From NCBI GenBank assembly GCA_963514005.1, contig OY740787.1, forward strand, positions 72,106,001-72,170,000: 64,000 nucleotides of DNA. Direction: 5' to 3'. The notes under the pieces are model-generated. The model was not told where the DNA came from. It ran no database searches and was given only the letters and a program-made list of their open reading frames with translations. A program made the position numbers and the translations under genes. How positions within the stretch are numbered: the first letter of the stretch is position 1; each line of letters begins with the position of its first letter. Positions 12,448-24,739 of the stretch are shown piece after piece. This stretch comes from Raja brachyura (lineage: Eukaryota).

Positions 12448-13268
12448 CTGGAGCAAGTGGGACCCATTGGGTCCTGTCCCCCAAGGCGTGGGGGGGGGGA
12501 GAGCGTGCAGCATCACAGGGTCACAGCGGAGGGCGTGGACCCGGGGGCGGATGTGGACCCAATGACCCCGAGCGAGGTCGTGGGCAGGCGTGGTCTCGAG
12601 GACCCGAGCGAGGCCGTGAGCGGGCGTGGACCCGAGCGAGGCTACGTACGGGCCTGGGCCCGAGGACCCCGAGCGAGGCTGCGGGTGGGCGTGGACCCGA
12701 GGACTCGAGCAAGGCCGCGGGCGGGCATGGACCCGAGGACTCGAGCAAGGCCGCGGGCGAGCATGTGTGAAACGGGCGTGGACCTGAGACATGGTGCACG
12801 CCCACCTTATTGTGACGTCATATCTTTGAAGGTCACAAAGTAGGAATGAACCGTGAAGGAGTGCATCAAGCAGTGAGAATGAAGCAGGTCGACCGTTGGG
12901 TAGGTGGTGAAGCATTTGAGGAATGTTCTGGAAATGCGGCTCTTCCCATGACGTTACTCGAAGCTCGTGGAATATTCTGTGTGTGAAACGGGCTCCGACC
13001 CGAGCCATCATGCCTGCCCACCTCATTGTGCCGTCATCAGTGGAAGCTGGTCATTTTAAAAGGGAGTTAAAAAAAAACAACTTTGATCAGCAATAAGTCG
13101 TGATATAAAGCATAAAATCTTAAATGAAGCTGTTCACTGCTTAGAGGGGACAAATGTGTGTCAGAATATGTAAATATCTTATTGTTACCGCATAGTGTAT
13201 TTGCGTAAATATAAAAACACACACATATACACACACACACAAGATGAGAGTTTTAAAGTTATTAGAGA
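12448..13268 (-). mobile_element. Non-autonomous Helitron with internal GC-rich minisatellite
   Basis: The minus strand reads A|TCTCTAATAACTTTAAAACTCTCATCTTG(TG)n ... hairpin GGACCC-AAT-GGGTCC, then CACTTGCT-CCAG|T. It is inserted between A and T with no TSD. Confidence 0.75.
12530..12790. repeat. GC-rich minisatellite (GGGCGTGGACCCGAG... units)
   Basis: Repeated GGCGTGGACCCGAG(CGAGGCC/GACTCGAGCAAGGCC) units. Confidence 0.85.
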
Positions 13269-14114
13269 TAATTTGCTGGTGTAATTACAGAGTACTTAAG
13301 GTGGACAGAGAATTTTAGTGATCAAAAGGAAAGTACCAAAGTGAATATTTTAAACAAAAATTACAATCACATTTAGAAATTAATATAAAACCTATTTTGC
13401 TAGGGGCTAGTCGAAAGAGTAAACACATAGATCCCAAATTCACAGCAGAAATTGTATTCAGAGAGAATTTTCATTGTTGTGATTTTGCCATCTTCGATTT
13501 GCAACCTATTCAGACATGATTTCCTGCTGTGAACACAGAATCAGTCCATTAACAATTAAAAGTGCACAGTAGAAGAATATGCTTAAATGCTTGTTTTGTG
13601 TGTGAAGCCTGTTGTTGCACTTGCAAAGTGATAAATCAAACACGATCTTATCTACAATTGTAATTAGTGACAACACTATATCACAATCATTAAGCTTGTA
13701 ACTGCCCAGCTTTAACATCTGGGGATTTACATAACAAATCAATGCAGTGATAACAAAACAGTAAAAAATGTGCATGCAAAAGATTTTGATTTGAATTTAG
13801 ATAAAGATTTTTCTTGAGTCGAATATTAAATAAATACCAAGATATACAAATTCACATGTAATATTCCCAGGTCCAAATGATACCCCATTCAACAAACTAA
13901 TAATGGTCTTAGATTTAAGTGCAGGAAAATGACCAGTGGATTCACTGAATACAAATCTAAATCCTCTCTGGAGACAATCTGCCAGGCATCAGAGCAATTG
14001 ATGATGCCTGTCAATCATCCAGACGAGACAACTGCAGCACACATTTAAAGTGCAGTCTGCAACTGGGTTTGTTCGTTTCAGAGACCATTACTGCGAGGAT
14101 TTGGCCCAGCCCTT

Positions 14115-14142
14115 CTGAAGAAGGGTCTCGACCTGAAATGTC
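14115..14142 (+). ncRNA. Minimal hammerhead motif in a short PLE-derived insert (about 14115-14206)
   Basis: CTGAAGA-A-GGGTCTCGACCT-GAAA-TG-TC; a second, decayed copy follows at about 14248. Confidence 0.55.
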
Positions 14143-14545
14143 ACCCATTCTTTCCCTCCAGAGATGCTGCCTGTCCCGCTGAGTTACTCCAACTTTTTGT
14201 GTCTATCTTCTGCTTTTCAAGCTTTTTCCCCCCCCGATTCCATTAGTCTGAAGAAGGATCCCAATCCAAAACATTGTCTGTCTATGCCCTCCACATATTC
14301 TACCTGATCTTCCAGAATTATATTTCTAAGTTTAATCTTGCATAAGGGAATCCTAGAAGGGTGATGGGAGAAATTGTGCAAACTGGGATGGTGGGGGCAA
14401 TACTTGAAATTGGGGAATTCAGTGCTCATACCTTTAGGATGTAGGCTACCCAAGCAGAAGATAAGATTCTGTTCTTCCAGTTTGCCTGTGGCCTCAATAT
14501 GAATGAATGAGGCCAAGAGCAGAAAGGTAGACATGGATATGGGAA

Positions 14546-15136
14546 GTAGAATATTGTACCTCCTCCAACCTCATCTACTGTATCCGCTGTTCCAGGTGTG
14601 GACTCCTATATATCGGCGAGACCAAACGCAGGCTCGGCGATCATTTAGCTGAACACCTCTGCTCAGTCTGCCTTAACCTACCTGATCTCCTGGTTGCCAA
14701 CAATAACTCCCCCTCCCATTCCCACAGTGACCTTTCTGTCCTGGGCCTCCTCCATTGTCAGCGAGGCCAAGCATAGTTTGAAGCTGCTTACACCCCAGTG
14801 GTATGAATATTGACCTCTAACTTCAAGCAACCCTTGCCTTCAGTCTCCCTCCATCATTCTCCCCATTCCAGTTATTTGACTCGTCTGACTGTCCTCGTTT
14901 ACATTTTATCTCTGTTTGCTTTGTTGTAACCTTCTCTAAGCTAACAATGGCCTATTCTACATTTTCCTTGATCACCACCCCCTTTCTCTCGTTTTCACAC
15001 CTAACACTTCCTTATCTCGGTACCTCCCTTTGCCCTGACTCAGTCTGAAGAAGGGTCTTGACCCAAAACGTCACCCATTCCTTCTGTCCAGAGGTGCTGC
15101 CTGTCCCGCTGAGTTACTCCAACATTTTGTGTCTGT
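14546..15136 (+). mobile_element. Penelope-like element 3' fragment (GIY-YIG plus hammerhead end) nested in an older opposite-strand PLE
   Basis: Encodes CTSSNLIYCIRCSRCGLLYIGETKRRLGDH. 14-bp TSD CATGGATATGGGAA at 14532-14545 and 15137-15150. Confidence 0.85.
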
Positions 15137-16029
15137 CATGGATATGGGAACCGCAGTTAAAGGGGGCTTGGTCCCACCAATGCAAAACTCCAGGTGAGCA
15201 TATGAACAACGCTGAGAAGCAACAAGATATAGGGAGCAGTCCCATGAACTAGCTGAGCAGTGTTTTAATGGGCACAATAACTGAAAATGGTATCCAGAGG
15301 GAGTTGGTCTGAGAAATCGGATTAGTGAAAGGTATCAGTATGGTATTGCAGTGGTCACTATTCGAGTTACAGACAGTATAGGCTTGGCATATCAGCAACA
15401 TTGATATGATGTCAAAAAGGTAGCTAAACACCACGGCAAAGGGTATTGAATGAAACATTTGAAATGGCATCCTGCAATCGAAGAAACAAACCTCCAGAGC
15501 AATGAAATTAGCTAGTCAGACAATTAGATGAAGGTGCAGGTCTTCAAACCAAATGTGAGTCCAAGTATATAAAGCCAATAAAAGTCAAGTAGTGATCCAC
15601 TAGAATCACAAGTGCCCATTGCAGTCACTTTATACATGTCAAGTTATGAACTCAGTGAATCAGGAGACTGAGAAATTCTGTTAATTTATACATTATGTAT
15701 TATCTATTAATATAAATAATTATCCATTATATATTATGTAAATTATTTTACTGCATGTTTGTATTTATTTCACTTGACATTTAGTATCTACAGTAAAGGG
15801 TTTTCTGTACTATTTTAACCTTGGTGTGATTGTCGATGTTTGTAATAACATTACAATAAAAACCAATGTCAGGAGAATATATGCTCCGGTATTAACTATA
15901 TGTTTGTGTTGTTTGAGTGACACAAGTTCTCCACCTTGTTCAATTTCCATGCATCCTCATTGAGTTGAAATAATTAATTACCTCACCGTCTCCTGTTCTT
16001 TCTGAATCTTTCTCAGGATTTAGAAAGTA

Positions 16030-17615
16030 CAGTGCATTCAGAAAGCATTCAGACCCCTTCACTTTTTCCACATTTTCACCCACGTTACAGCCGTATTCTA
16101 AAATGGATTAAAAAAAAATTAATCATCAATCTACACACAATACCGCATAATAAATAAGCAAAAATGTTGGTGTTTAGAAATTTTTACAAAGTAATTAAAA
16201 ATAAATAACTGAAATATCACATTTACATAAGTATTCAGACCCTTTGCTGTGACACTTAAAATTGAGCTTTGGTTCACCCTGTTTCCATTGATTATCCTTG
16301 AGATGTTTCTACAACTTGATTGGAGTCCACATGGTAAATGAAATTGATTGTACATGATTTGGAAAGGCCCACACCTGTCTATATAAGGTCCCACAGTTGA
16401 CAGTGCATGTCAGAGCAAAAACCAAGCCATGAAGACGAAGGAACTGTCCGTAGACTGAGACAGGATTATGTCGAGACACAGATCTGGGGAAGAGTATAAA
16501 ACAGTTTCTGCAGCATTGCAGGTGCCGAAGAACACAGTGGCCTCTGTAATTCTTAAATGGAAGAACTTTGGAACCACCAGGAATCTTCATAGAGCTGGCC
16601 GCCCTGCCAAACTGAGCAATCGAGGGAGAAGGGCCTTGGTCAGGCAAGTGGTCAGAACCCAATGGTCACTTTGGCAGAGCTCCAGAGTTCCTCTGTGGAG
16701 ATGGAAGTTGTCCAGAAGGCCAGCCGTATTGGCAGCACTCCACCAATTAGGCCTTTATGGTCATGTGACCAGACAGAAGCCACTCCTCAGTAAAAGGCAC
16801 ATGACAACCCACTTGGAGTTTGCCAAAAGGCACCTAAACAAGATTCTTTGGTCTGGTGAAACCAAGATTGAATTATTTGGCCTGAATGCCAAGTGTCACG
16901 TCTGTAGGAAACCAGGCACTGCTCATCACCTAGCCAATACCATACCGAAGCATGGTGGTGGCAGCATCATGCTGTTTTTCAGTGGCAGGAACTGACAGAC
17001 CAGTTACGATCGAGGGAAAGATGAACTGTGCAAAGTATAGAGAGATCTTGGATGAAAACCTGCTCCAGAGCGTTCTGGACCTCGACTGAGGCGGAGGTTC
17101 ACATTCCAACAGGACAACAACCCTAAGCACACAGCCAAGACAACGCAGGCGTGGCTTTGTGACAAGTCTGTGAATGTCCTTGAGTGGCCCAGCCAGAGCC
17201 CGGACTTGAACCCGATTAAACATCTCTGGAGGTACCTATAAATAGCTGCTCATTGATACTCCCCATCCAACCTGACAGAGCTTGAGAGGATCTGCAGAGC
17301 AGAATGGGAGAAATTGCCCAAATACAGGTGTGCGAAGCTTGTAGCTTCACACCCAAGAAGACTTGAGGCTGTAATCGCTGCCAAAGGTGCCTCAACAAAG
17401 TACTGAGTAAAGGGTCTGAATACTTATTTAAATGTGATATTTCAGTTATTTATTTTTAATTACTTTGCCAAAAAATTTGAAAGACCTACTTTTGCTTTTT
17501 TATTATGGGGTAGTGTGTGTAGATTGATGATAAAAAAAAGAATTTAATCAATTTTAGAATAAGGCTGTAACGTAGCAAAATGTGGAAAAATGTGGAATAC
17601 TTTCTGAATGCACTG
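16030..17615 (+). mobile_element. Tc1-like DNA transposon (IR/DR type), both ends present, decayed
   Basis: TA TSDs at 16028-29 and 17616-17; termini CAGTGCATTCAGAAAG...CTTTCTGAATGCACTG. Long TIRs at 16030-16245 and 17409-17615 contain the internal direct repeat ATTCAGACCC. Confidence 0.95.
16429..17406 (+). pseudogene. Tc1 DD34E transposase pseudogene
   Basis: ATG at 16429; GRPAKL motif; ILWS(G)ETKIELFG; KHGGGSIM; FQQDNNPKH with D at 17113; SPDLNPI(K)HLW with the E position exactly 35 codons after the D; ends AKGASTKY*. It has frameshifts and D->G and E->K catalytic changes. Confidence 0.92.
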
Positions 17616-18278
17616 TATGGAACCTTTTAATTCCCTCTTCCTACAATATGCTGGCATTTAAAACCCACGGTAAAACATTCTTGTTAATTCCATTTGAATT
17701 ACTGACTAATTACATTTGTTAGTGTTAATAAGTCTCTTGTGTTGTATATTTCAATTACTTAATTTAAATTATGGATATTTTATAACCTGAAATATCTTTA
17801 ATATCCTTCCTGATGAACTCATCCCATAATACTTTTGCCATTCAATCAATGTATTCTATATTACAGGTCATGACTCTGCATCAAATCTTTTCAATACTGA
17901 ATAGAGCTATTAATGTATTTGTTAGATCGACAATATTTGGAATAATATCACCTGGAAGTGATTAACTGTTTACATTTCGATACGTTTAGTTACATTTCCA
18001 GGAGAGGGTTCATTATATATAGTGATTTTTTTTAAAGCATTAAAAAAAATTTGTTTGAGTCATTGTTTGCAGTACAACGTAAGTGCCAAATACCAACTTT
18101 TGAGATAAAAATCAAACTGAGTAGAAAAAGCAACCACGAGGAAAGGTAACGAAAACATTGGGTCTTAAAGATGATGAAGGTCGTAAATAGACCGAGAAAA
18201 TACATTTTCAAAAGTGGGCCGTCAAAGACTATATGCACTGCATTACAACTGAAGTGAAAGGAAAAGGAGCAAGGATGT

Positions 18279-18400
18279 GTTTAAGAAGGAACTGCAGATG
18301 CTGGAAAATCAGAAGCTGAAAGGCAGACAAAGGTGCTGGAGAAACTCAGGATCTATGGAGCGAAGGAAATGGGCAACGTTTCGGGCCGAAACCCTTCTTC
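18279..18400 (-). mobile_element. 122-bp PLE-derived insert with hammerhead motif (core 18375-18402)
   Basis: 14-bp TSD AGGAGCAAGGATGT at 18265-18278 and 18401-18414. The minus strand reads CTGAAGA-A-GGGTTTCGGCCC-GAAA-CG-TT. Confidence 0.85.
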
Positions 18401-18984
18401 AGGAGCAAGGATGTCTTGTTGTGGAAGTGAGACCTCACCCGGGGTTTTTCATACTGTTTTTTATTATCAGAGGAAGGATGTCCTTACCATGGGGAGAGTG
18501 CAATTATTGTCTAAGATGCACTAGTATGATTCTTTGGGTGGCAGGATTGACAGATCAGGTAGGATCTTAATTCAGTTAGGTCTGAATACAGAGATATAGA
18601 ATTATGGAAGGGTATTTGTGTTGAAATCTAGGGCTATAATAGGTTTTTATAGACTGACAAGGAAGTCAAGAAAGATGGTCCTTGTGGCTAGCAAGTCCAG
18701 ACGTGGGATCACAGCCTCAAGATGTAAGTATTGCCATTCAGAATCAAGATCAGCAGAAAGTACTTCACCCAAAAAGCAATCCTCCACCACAAAAGGCACT
18801 GGAGACCAAGCTGTTAATTATATTCAAGCAGGTGAATGTATTTCTTAGTATTAAAGGATTAAAGGATTTCGGGAGAATACAGAACAGACGAGTAAAGTGA
18901 GTGGTAGGAAGCTAAATAAATTATTTCAATCATAATGATTAAGGTGTTCATGTACAATGTCGTTGAAATCAGGGTAAGATTGAA

Positions 18985-20816
18985 ACGGGTGAATTTATTA
19001 TGAGGAACAAGGAAATGGCAGACGAGTTGAACAAGTACTTTGGATCTGTCTTCACTAAGGAAGACACAAATAATCTCCCTGATGTACTAGCGGCCAGATG
19101 ATCAAGGGTGATGGAGGAACTGAGGAAATTCACATTAGGCAGGAAATGGTGTTGAGTAGACTGATGGGACTAAAGGCTGATAAATCCCAGGGCCTGATGG
19201 ACTGCATCCCAGGGTACATAAGGAAGTGGTTCTAGAAATCGTGGATGCATTGGTGATCATTTTCCAATGTTCTATAGATTCAGTATCAGTTCCTGTGGAT
19301 AGGAGGGTAGTTAATGTTACCCCACTTTTTAAGAAAGGCGGGAGAGAGAAAACAGTGAATTACAGACCAGTTAGCCTGACATCAGTGGTGGGGAAGATGC
19401 TGCAGGCAATTAATAAAGATGAAATGGAGGCACATTTGGATAGCAGCAACAGGATCGGTCCAAGTCAGCATGGATTTATGATGGGGAAATCATGCTTAAC
19501 TAATCTTCTGGAATTTTTTGAAGAGGGAACTATGAAAATGGACACGGGAGAGCCAGTGGATGTAGTGTACCTGAACTTTCAGAAAGCCTTTGATAAGTTC
19601 CCACATAGAAGATATTAGTGGGCAAAATTAGAGCACATGGTATTGGGGGTAGGGTACTGACATGGATAGAAAATTCGTTGACAGACAGGAAACAAAGAGT
19701 AGAGATTAACGGGTTCCTTTCAGAATGGCAGGCAGTGAATAGTGGGGTGCCGCAAGGCTTGGTGTGGGGCTATATACATTAATGATTTAGATGACAGGAT
19801 TAAAAGTAACATTAGCAAATTTGCAGATGACACAAAGCTGGGTGGCAGTGTGAACTGTGAGGAGAATGCTATGAGGATGCAGGGTGACTTGGACAGCTTG
19901 GGTGAGTGGGCATATGCATGGCAGATGCAGTTTAATGTGGATAAATTTGAGGTTATCCACTTTGGTAGCAAAAACAGGAAGGCAGATAATTATCTGAATG
20001 GTGTTAAGTTGCGAAAAGGAGAAGTACAATGAGATCTGGGGGTCCTTGTTCATCAGTCACTGAAAGTAAGCATGCAGGGACAGCAGGCGGTGAAGAAAGC
20101 GAATGGCATGTTGGCCTTCATAACAAGAGGAGTTGAGTACAGGAGCAAAGAGGTCCTTCTGCAGTTGTATAGGGCCCTCGTGAAACCACACCTGGAGTAT
20201 TGTGTGCAGTTCGGGTCTCCAAATTTGAGGAAGGACATTCTTGCTATTGAGGGAGTGCAGCGTAGGTTCACAAGGTTAATTCCTGGGATGACAGGACTGT
20301 CATATGTTGATAGAATGGAGCGGCTGGGCTTTTATACTCTGGAATTTAGAAGGATGAGAGGGGATCATATTGAAACATATAAGATTATTAAGGGTTTGGA
20401 CATGCTGGAGGCAGGAAACGTGTTCTCAGTGTTGGGGGAGTCCAGAACCAGTGGCCACAGTCGAAGAATAAGGGGTAAGCCATTTAGAATGGAGATGGAG
20501 GAAAAACCTTTTCACACAGAGGGTTGTGAATCTATGGAATTATCTGCCTCAGAAGGCAGTGGAGGCCAATTCTCTGGATACTTTTAAGAGAGAGTTAGAT
20601 ACAGCTCTTAAAGATACCGGAGTCAGGGGTTACGGTGAGAAGGCATGAACGGGGTACTGATTGTGGATAATGAGAAGATAGACAAAAATGCTGGAGAAAC
20701 TCAGCGGGTGAGGCAGAATCTATGTAGCAAAGGAATAGGTGGATAATCAGCCATGCTCACATTGAATGGCGGTGCTGGCTTGTAGGGCCAAATGGCCTAC
20801 TCCTGCACCTGTTGTC
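18985..20816 (+). mobile_element. CR1-clade LINE RT region and 3' end
   Basis: ORFs contain NYRPVSLTSVVGK, QHGF..GKSCLTNL, FQKAFDK, KFADDTKL and HLEYCVQF, with frameshifts. Confidence 0.92.
20672..20738 (-). mobile_element. 67-bp PLE-derived insert inside a CR1 tail
   Basis: 9-bp TSD GTGGATAAT at 20663-20671 and 20739-20747. Confidence 0.75.
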
Positions 20817-20971
20817 AATTGATGAGATAAAGAGATTGTTGATGGAGAAAATAGGAGAAGTAATTGCATGGTATGTCGACCTTTTTAGTAGTGACTCACT
20901 TTGGCTGAGCAGAACAAAGTTGTAATTCACACAGATATGCAGATGGATTGTTAAAGCTATTGTACATCAGA

Positions 20972-21430
20972 GCGATAGAATTATACAGCATGGACAAAGG
21001 CCCATCAGCCCAACTTATCCATGTCTATACAAGCTACTCTCATTTGCCTGTTGGCCCATCTTCCTGTGAACCTTTTCTATCCACGCACCTATCAAAATGT
21101 AATTGTACCCACACTAAAGCTTCCTCGAGCTTTCTCTAATAAGTCATCCCACACAGAGGGTGGAAGCTTTCCCATTCTGTGTGGGAAAGCTTACCATGGG
21201 ATCTCTTTAAATTCTTTCCTCTCTTACCATTAACCTATTCCCTCCAATTTTGGATTCCTTTGGCCTGGGGAAAGGACAGTGATCATTTACCATATGTACA
21301 CCCCTCATGTTTTATACATTTGTACCAGGTCACCCCCTCAATTGCTCCAGGGACTAAAGTGACAGCCTCTCCTTCTTCTTGGATCGCTCCAGTCCCCAGA
21401 AACATTCTGGTGAATCTTTCAAACACCATC
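20972..21430 (-). mobile_element. Old CR1-clade LINE 3' fragment
   Basis: Decayed minus-strand similarity (ERFTRMFLG, ...YKCIK) and a CR1-type tail. Confidence 0.55.
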
Positions 21431-22132
21431 TCCAGTTTCGGTATAGTACAGTGCAACACTGGAACAGGTCCCATTGACTCACAATGTCTGTGCTGAGAAT
21501 GATGCCATGTTAAACGAATCTTCTCTTCCAGCTTGTGATCCATATTCCTCCATTTCTGCATATCAATGTTAAATCTGATATCGGCACTACTCAACCTGAA
21601 GGTATGAAGACTGGTTGCTTGGGGGATTGATGCTGACAAATTAGTGCGGGAATTACTTCTATTGATGAAACAGCCGTTAAAGGTCGGGCTAAGAGATTGG
21701 TCGACTAGATTGACAAACAATTCAATGCCAATCAAATACATATACATATGAACAAATACATACCTTAGTTTAAGAAAGATTTTCTGTGTTTCTCTACAAA
21801 TTATTAAATTCAATTTCAGAACATTCTATCGTGACTGATCAACTTTTAGCTTCTGAGATGCAGTCAAGATGATAAAAGCCATGTCATGGATCATCTAGAA
21901 GACGGTATATCCTCATGTCTATTTTGAAATGTTCCATTTTGGATGATCCATTATATCAATATACATATTTACCATCAATCTCATTGATATCGACTCAATT
22001 TTCAGTGGGCTGCAGCTTTGTTTTGAAGCGGTATTTTTATATCTTTTAGAAAAGCTATCTGTCTTACAAGGTGAACAATCTTCCACATCTCGGAATGATT
22101 AAACGTTTGCTGGGAGTCAAACTAAAGCCACA

Positions 22133-22376
22133 AGGTCATAAATGTTATGCGCCGAATTAGGCCATTCGGCCCATCAAGTCTACTCTTCCATTCATTCAAC
22201 GCAGATTTATCGTTCCCTCTCAATCCCATTCTCTTGCCTTCTCCCCATAACCCACGACACTCTTACTAATCAAGAATCTGTCAATCTCCATCATAAAAAT
22301 ATCCATTGACGGCCTCTACAACTGTCTGTGGCAATCATTTCTACAGATTCACCACCCTCTGGCTAAAGAAAATCTC
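22133..22376 (-). mobile_element. CR1 3' tail fragment
   Basis: Reverse complement of the tail seen at 23400-23575 (GAATTAGGCCATTCGGCCCATC...). Confidence 0.8.
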
Positions 22377-22669
22377 AACTCACTCAAGAATTTCAAGTGT
22401 CTACTTTACAGATATGGAAATCTATTTTATTAATTACAGAAACATATTCTTTACATTTCACAATCAAAATTCATGATTGTTATTTACTTTTTTTCCAGTT
22501 TCTTAATTTTTCCAGTATTCTTAATTAACATCCGTTTTCACGTTGGCTCTTAATATTGCACGAAGGCAGCAACAAAGCATGCTGGAACTATGGCTGCAAA
22601 TTATTGAATTCCTGTTATTATTGCTCCGTTTATCTTTCTAGTCATTTACTTTCTAGTCATGCACTTTGA

Positions 22670-23577
22670 CAGTACGAATAAAGGAGTAGACTATTTTCTA
22701 AATGGGGAGAGGATAAAAATTCTGAAGTGCGAAGGGACTTGGGAGTGCTGGTGCAGGATTCCCAAAAGGATAATTTCCGAAAAGGTCTGAACTAGGGTCG
22801 TGACCTGAAACCATCCATTCTTTCTCTCCAGAGATGCTGCCTGTCCCGCTGAGTTACTCCAGCATTTTGTGTCTTTCTTCGGTTCAAACCAGCATCTGCA
22901 GTTCCCTCCTACACAGGATAATTTACAAGTTGAATCAATAGTAAGGAAGGTAATTGCAAAGTCAGCATTTATTTTGAGAGCACTAGAATATAAAACAGGG
23001 CTGCAATGCTGAGGCTTTATAAGGCACTGGTCAGGCTGCATTTGGAGAATTGAGAGCAATTTTGGGCAAGTTTGGAGGGATGTACTGGCGTTGGAGGAAG
23101 TTTACAAGATTAATCACAGGGATGACTGGGTTAACGTACAGTATGAGGAGTGTTTGATGGCACTGGGCCTGTACTTACTAGAGTTTAGAAGGGTGGACCT
23201 CATTGAAACTTACTTAATCGTGAAAGGCCTGGGTAGAATGAATGTGGAAAGGATATTTCCACCAGTGGGAGAGTCTAGGACCAGAGAACACAGCCTCAGA
23301 ATAAAAGGATGTACCTTTAGAAAGGAGAAGGCAAGGAATTTCTTTAGTCTTAGGGTGATGACTCTGAGACATTCATTGCCACAGACAGCTGTGGAGGCCA
23401 TCATTGGGTATTTTTAAAGCAGAGATTGACAGATTCTTGATTCGAGGATGTGAAAGGTTATGGGCAGAAGGCAGGAGAATGGGATTGAGAGGGAAAGATA
23501 GATCAGCCATGATTGAATGGCAGAGTAGAAACAATGGGTCGAATGGACTAATTCTGCTCCTATGACTTATGAACTTA
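22670..23577 (+). mobile_element. CR1-clade LINE 3' fragment containing a nested PLE-derived insert
   Basis: CR1 C-terminal ORF at 23091-23417. The nested insert 22777-22914 has a 10-bp TSD AGGATAATTT at 22767-22776 and 22915-22924. Confidence 0.85.
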
Positions 23578-24739
23578 CAGCTTTACAACTTCCCATCTCT
23601 GGCATCAGTCTCCGTTGTAAACTTAAATATCGTTTCTCACTGTCCACAAAACCACCAATTTGGGTGTCCTCTGCAAGTTAACTTACAATGTTAACAACAT
23701 TGTCATCCAAATTGTTAACGTACACAATAAGCAGCATTGGACCAAACATGACCCTCACAACACTTCACTAGTCATAGGCTTCCTTTAACTCCTTCGTCCA
23801 AGTCCATTTTGCTCCTTCCTCCAAGTCAATTTTGAATCCAATTGGTTAGCTCACCTTGAATTCCATGTGCTTTAACCTTGCAACTATACCGTAAACCCTC
23901 ATTATAATGGACCTAGGGGAGGGAAATGGTGGTTCGTTATTGCCAATTGTCCTCTCTGACTGTAGGAGAGATGACTAATTAATAGAATATCATTACACAA
24001 GTACTAGAAACAAAGAATTGCAGATTCCGGTTAATACACAAAAACACAGAGTGTTGGAATAACTCAGTGTGACAGGCTGCAACACTGGAGAACGTGCATA
24101 AGTGACATCTCGGGTTGGGACCCTAAGTATGTAACCCAGGTGACTTGATGGCCCCGGCCTGCTGGTAGTCAGGGGAGAGGCGTGGATCACCAGAGTCATC
24201 GGTCGTGCCTTATGGGCGGCCGAAGTGTATGCAAGGGACACGGTGGCAGTGTAGGCAGGCATGGCCCGGAAGCTGTGTGGGCTGGCGCGTGTAGCCGTGA
24301 AGGTCGGTAGGTCCGCCTGAAAGAGGCTGGGGAGGTGGTGCTTGCTTGGAGTGGTGTCACAGCCCCGCCTTGCGGTGAATGACAGAAGGCCCGTCTGCTA
24401 TAACTGAAATCTATTACAAAGAGGTTTGTAATAACGAGGGTTTACTGGAGGCAACACCATCAGAACACTTTAATATCTTGGAATACTTTATTGTCACATG
24501 TGACCAGGCACAGTATAATTCTTTGCTTGCATCCGCAAGGTATGCAAAATGTCGCCACATAAATGGCGCTGCCAAAGTCACCAAGTATCCCCGCCAGCTC
24601 CTCCGGTGTTCCTCCCCCGACCTCCCTCACTGTGGTCCCCCCCATGGCAGATCCTCCAGTTCTTCACCCTCCCCCCACTCACAGTGGTTCCCCCAGCCCC
24701 TCATTGCCCGCTGACTATGGCACCCGAGACCCACACCAC

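Noticed and set aside
12394-13026. 210-aa minus-strand ORF with RPRPCSSPRVHA repeats
   Set aside because: It is a translation of the minisatellite inside a Helitron.
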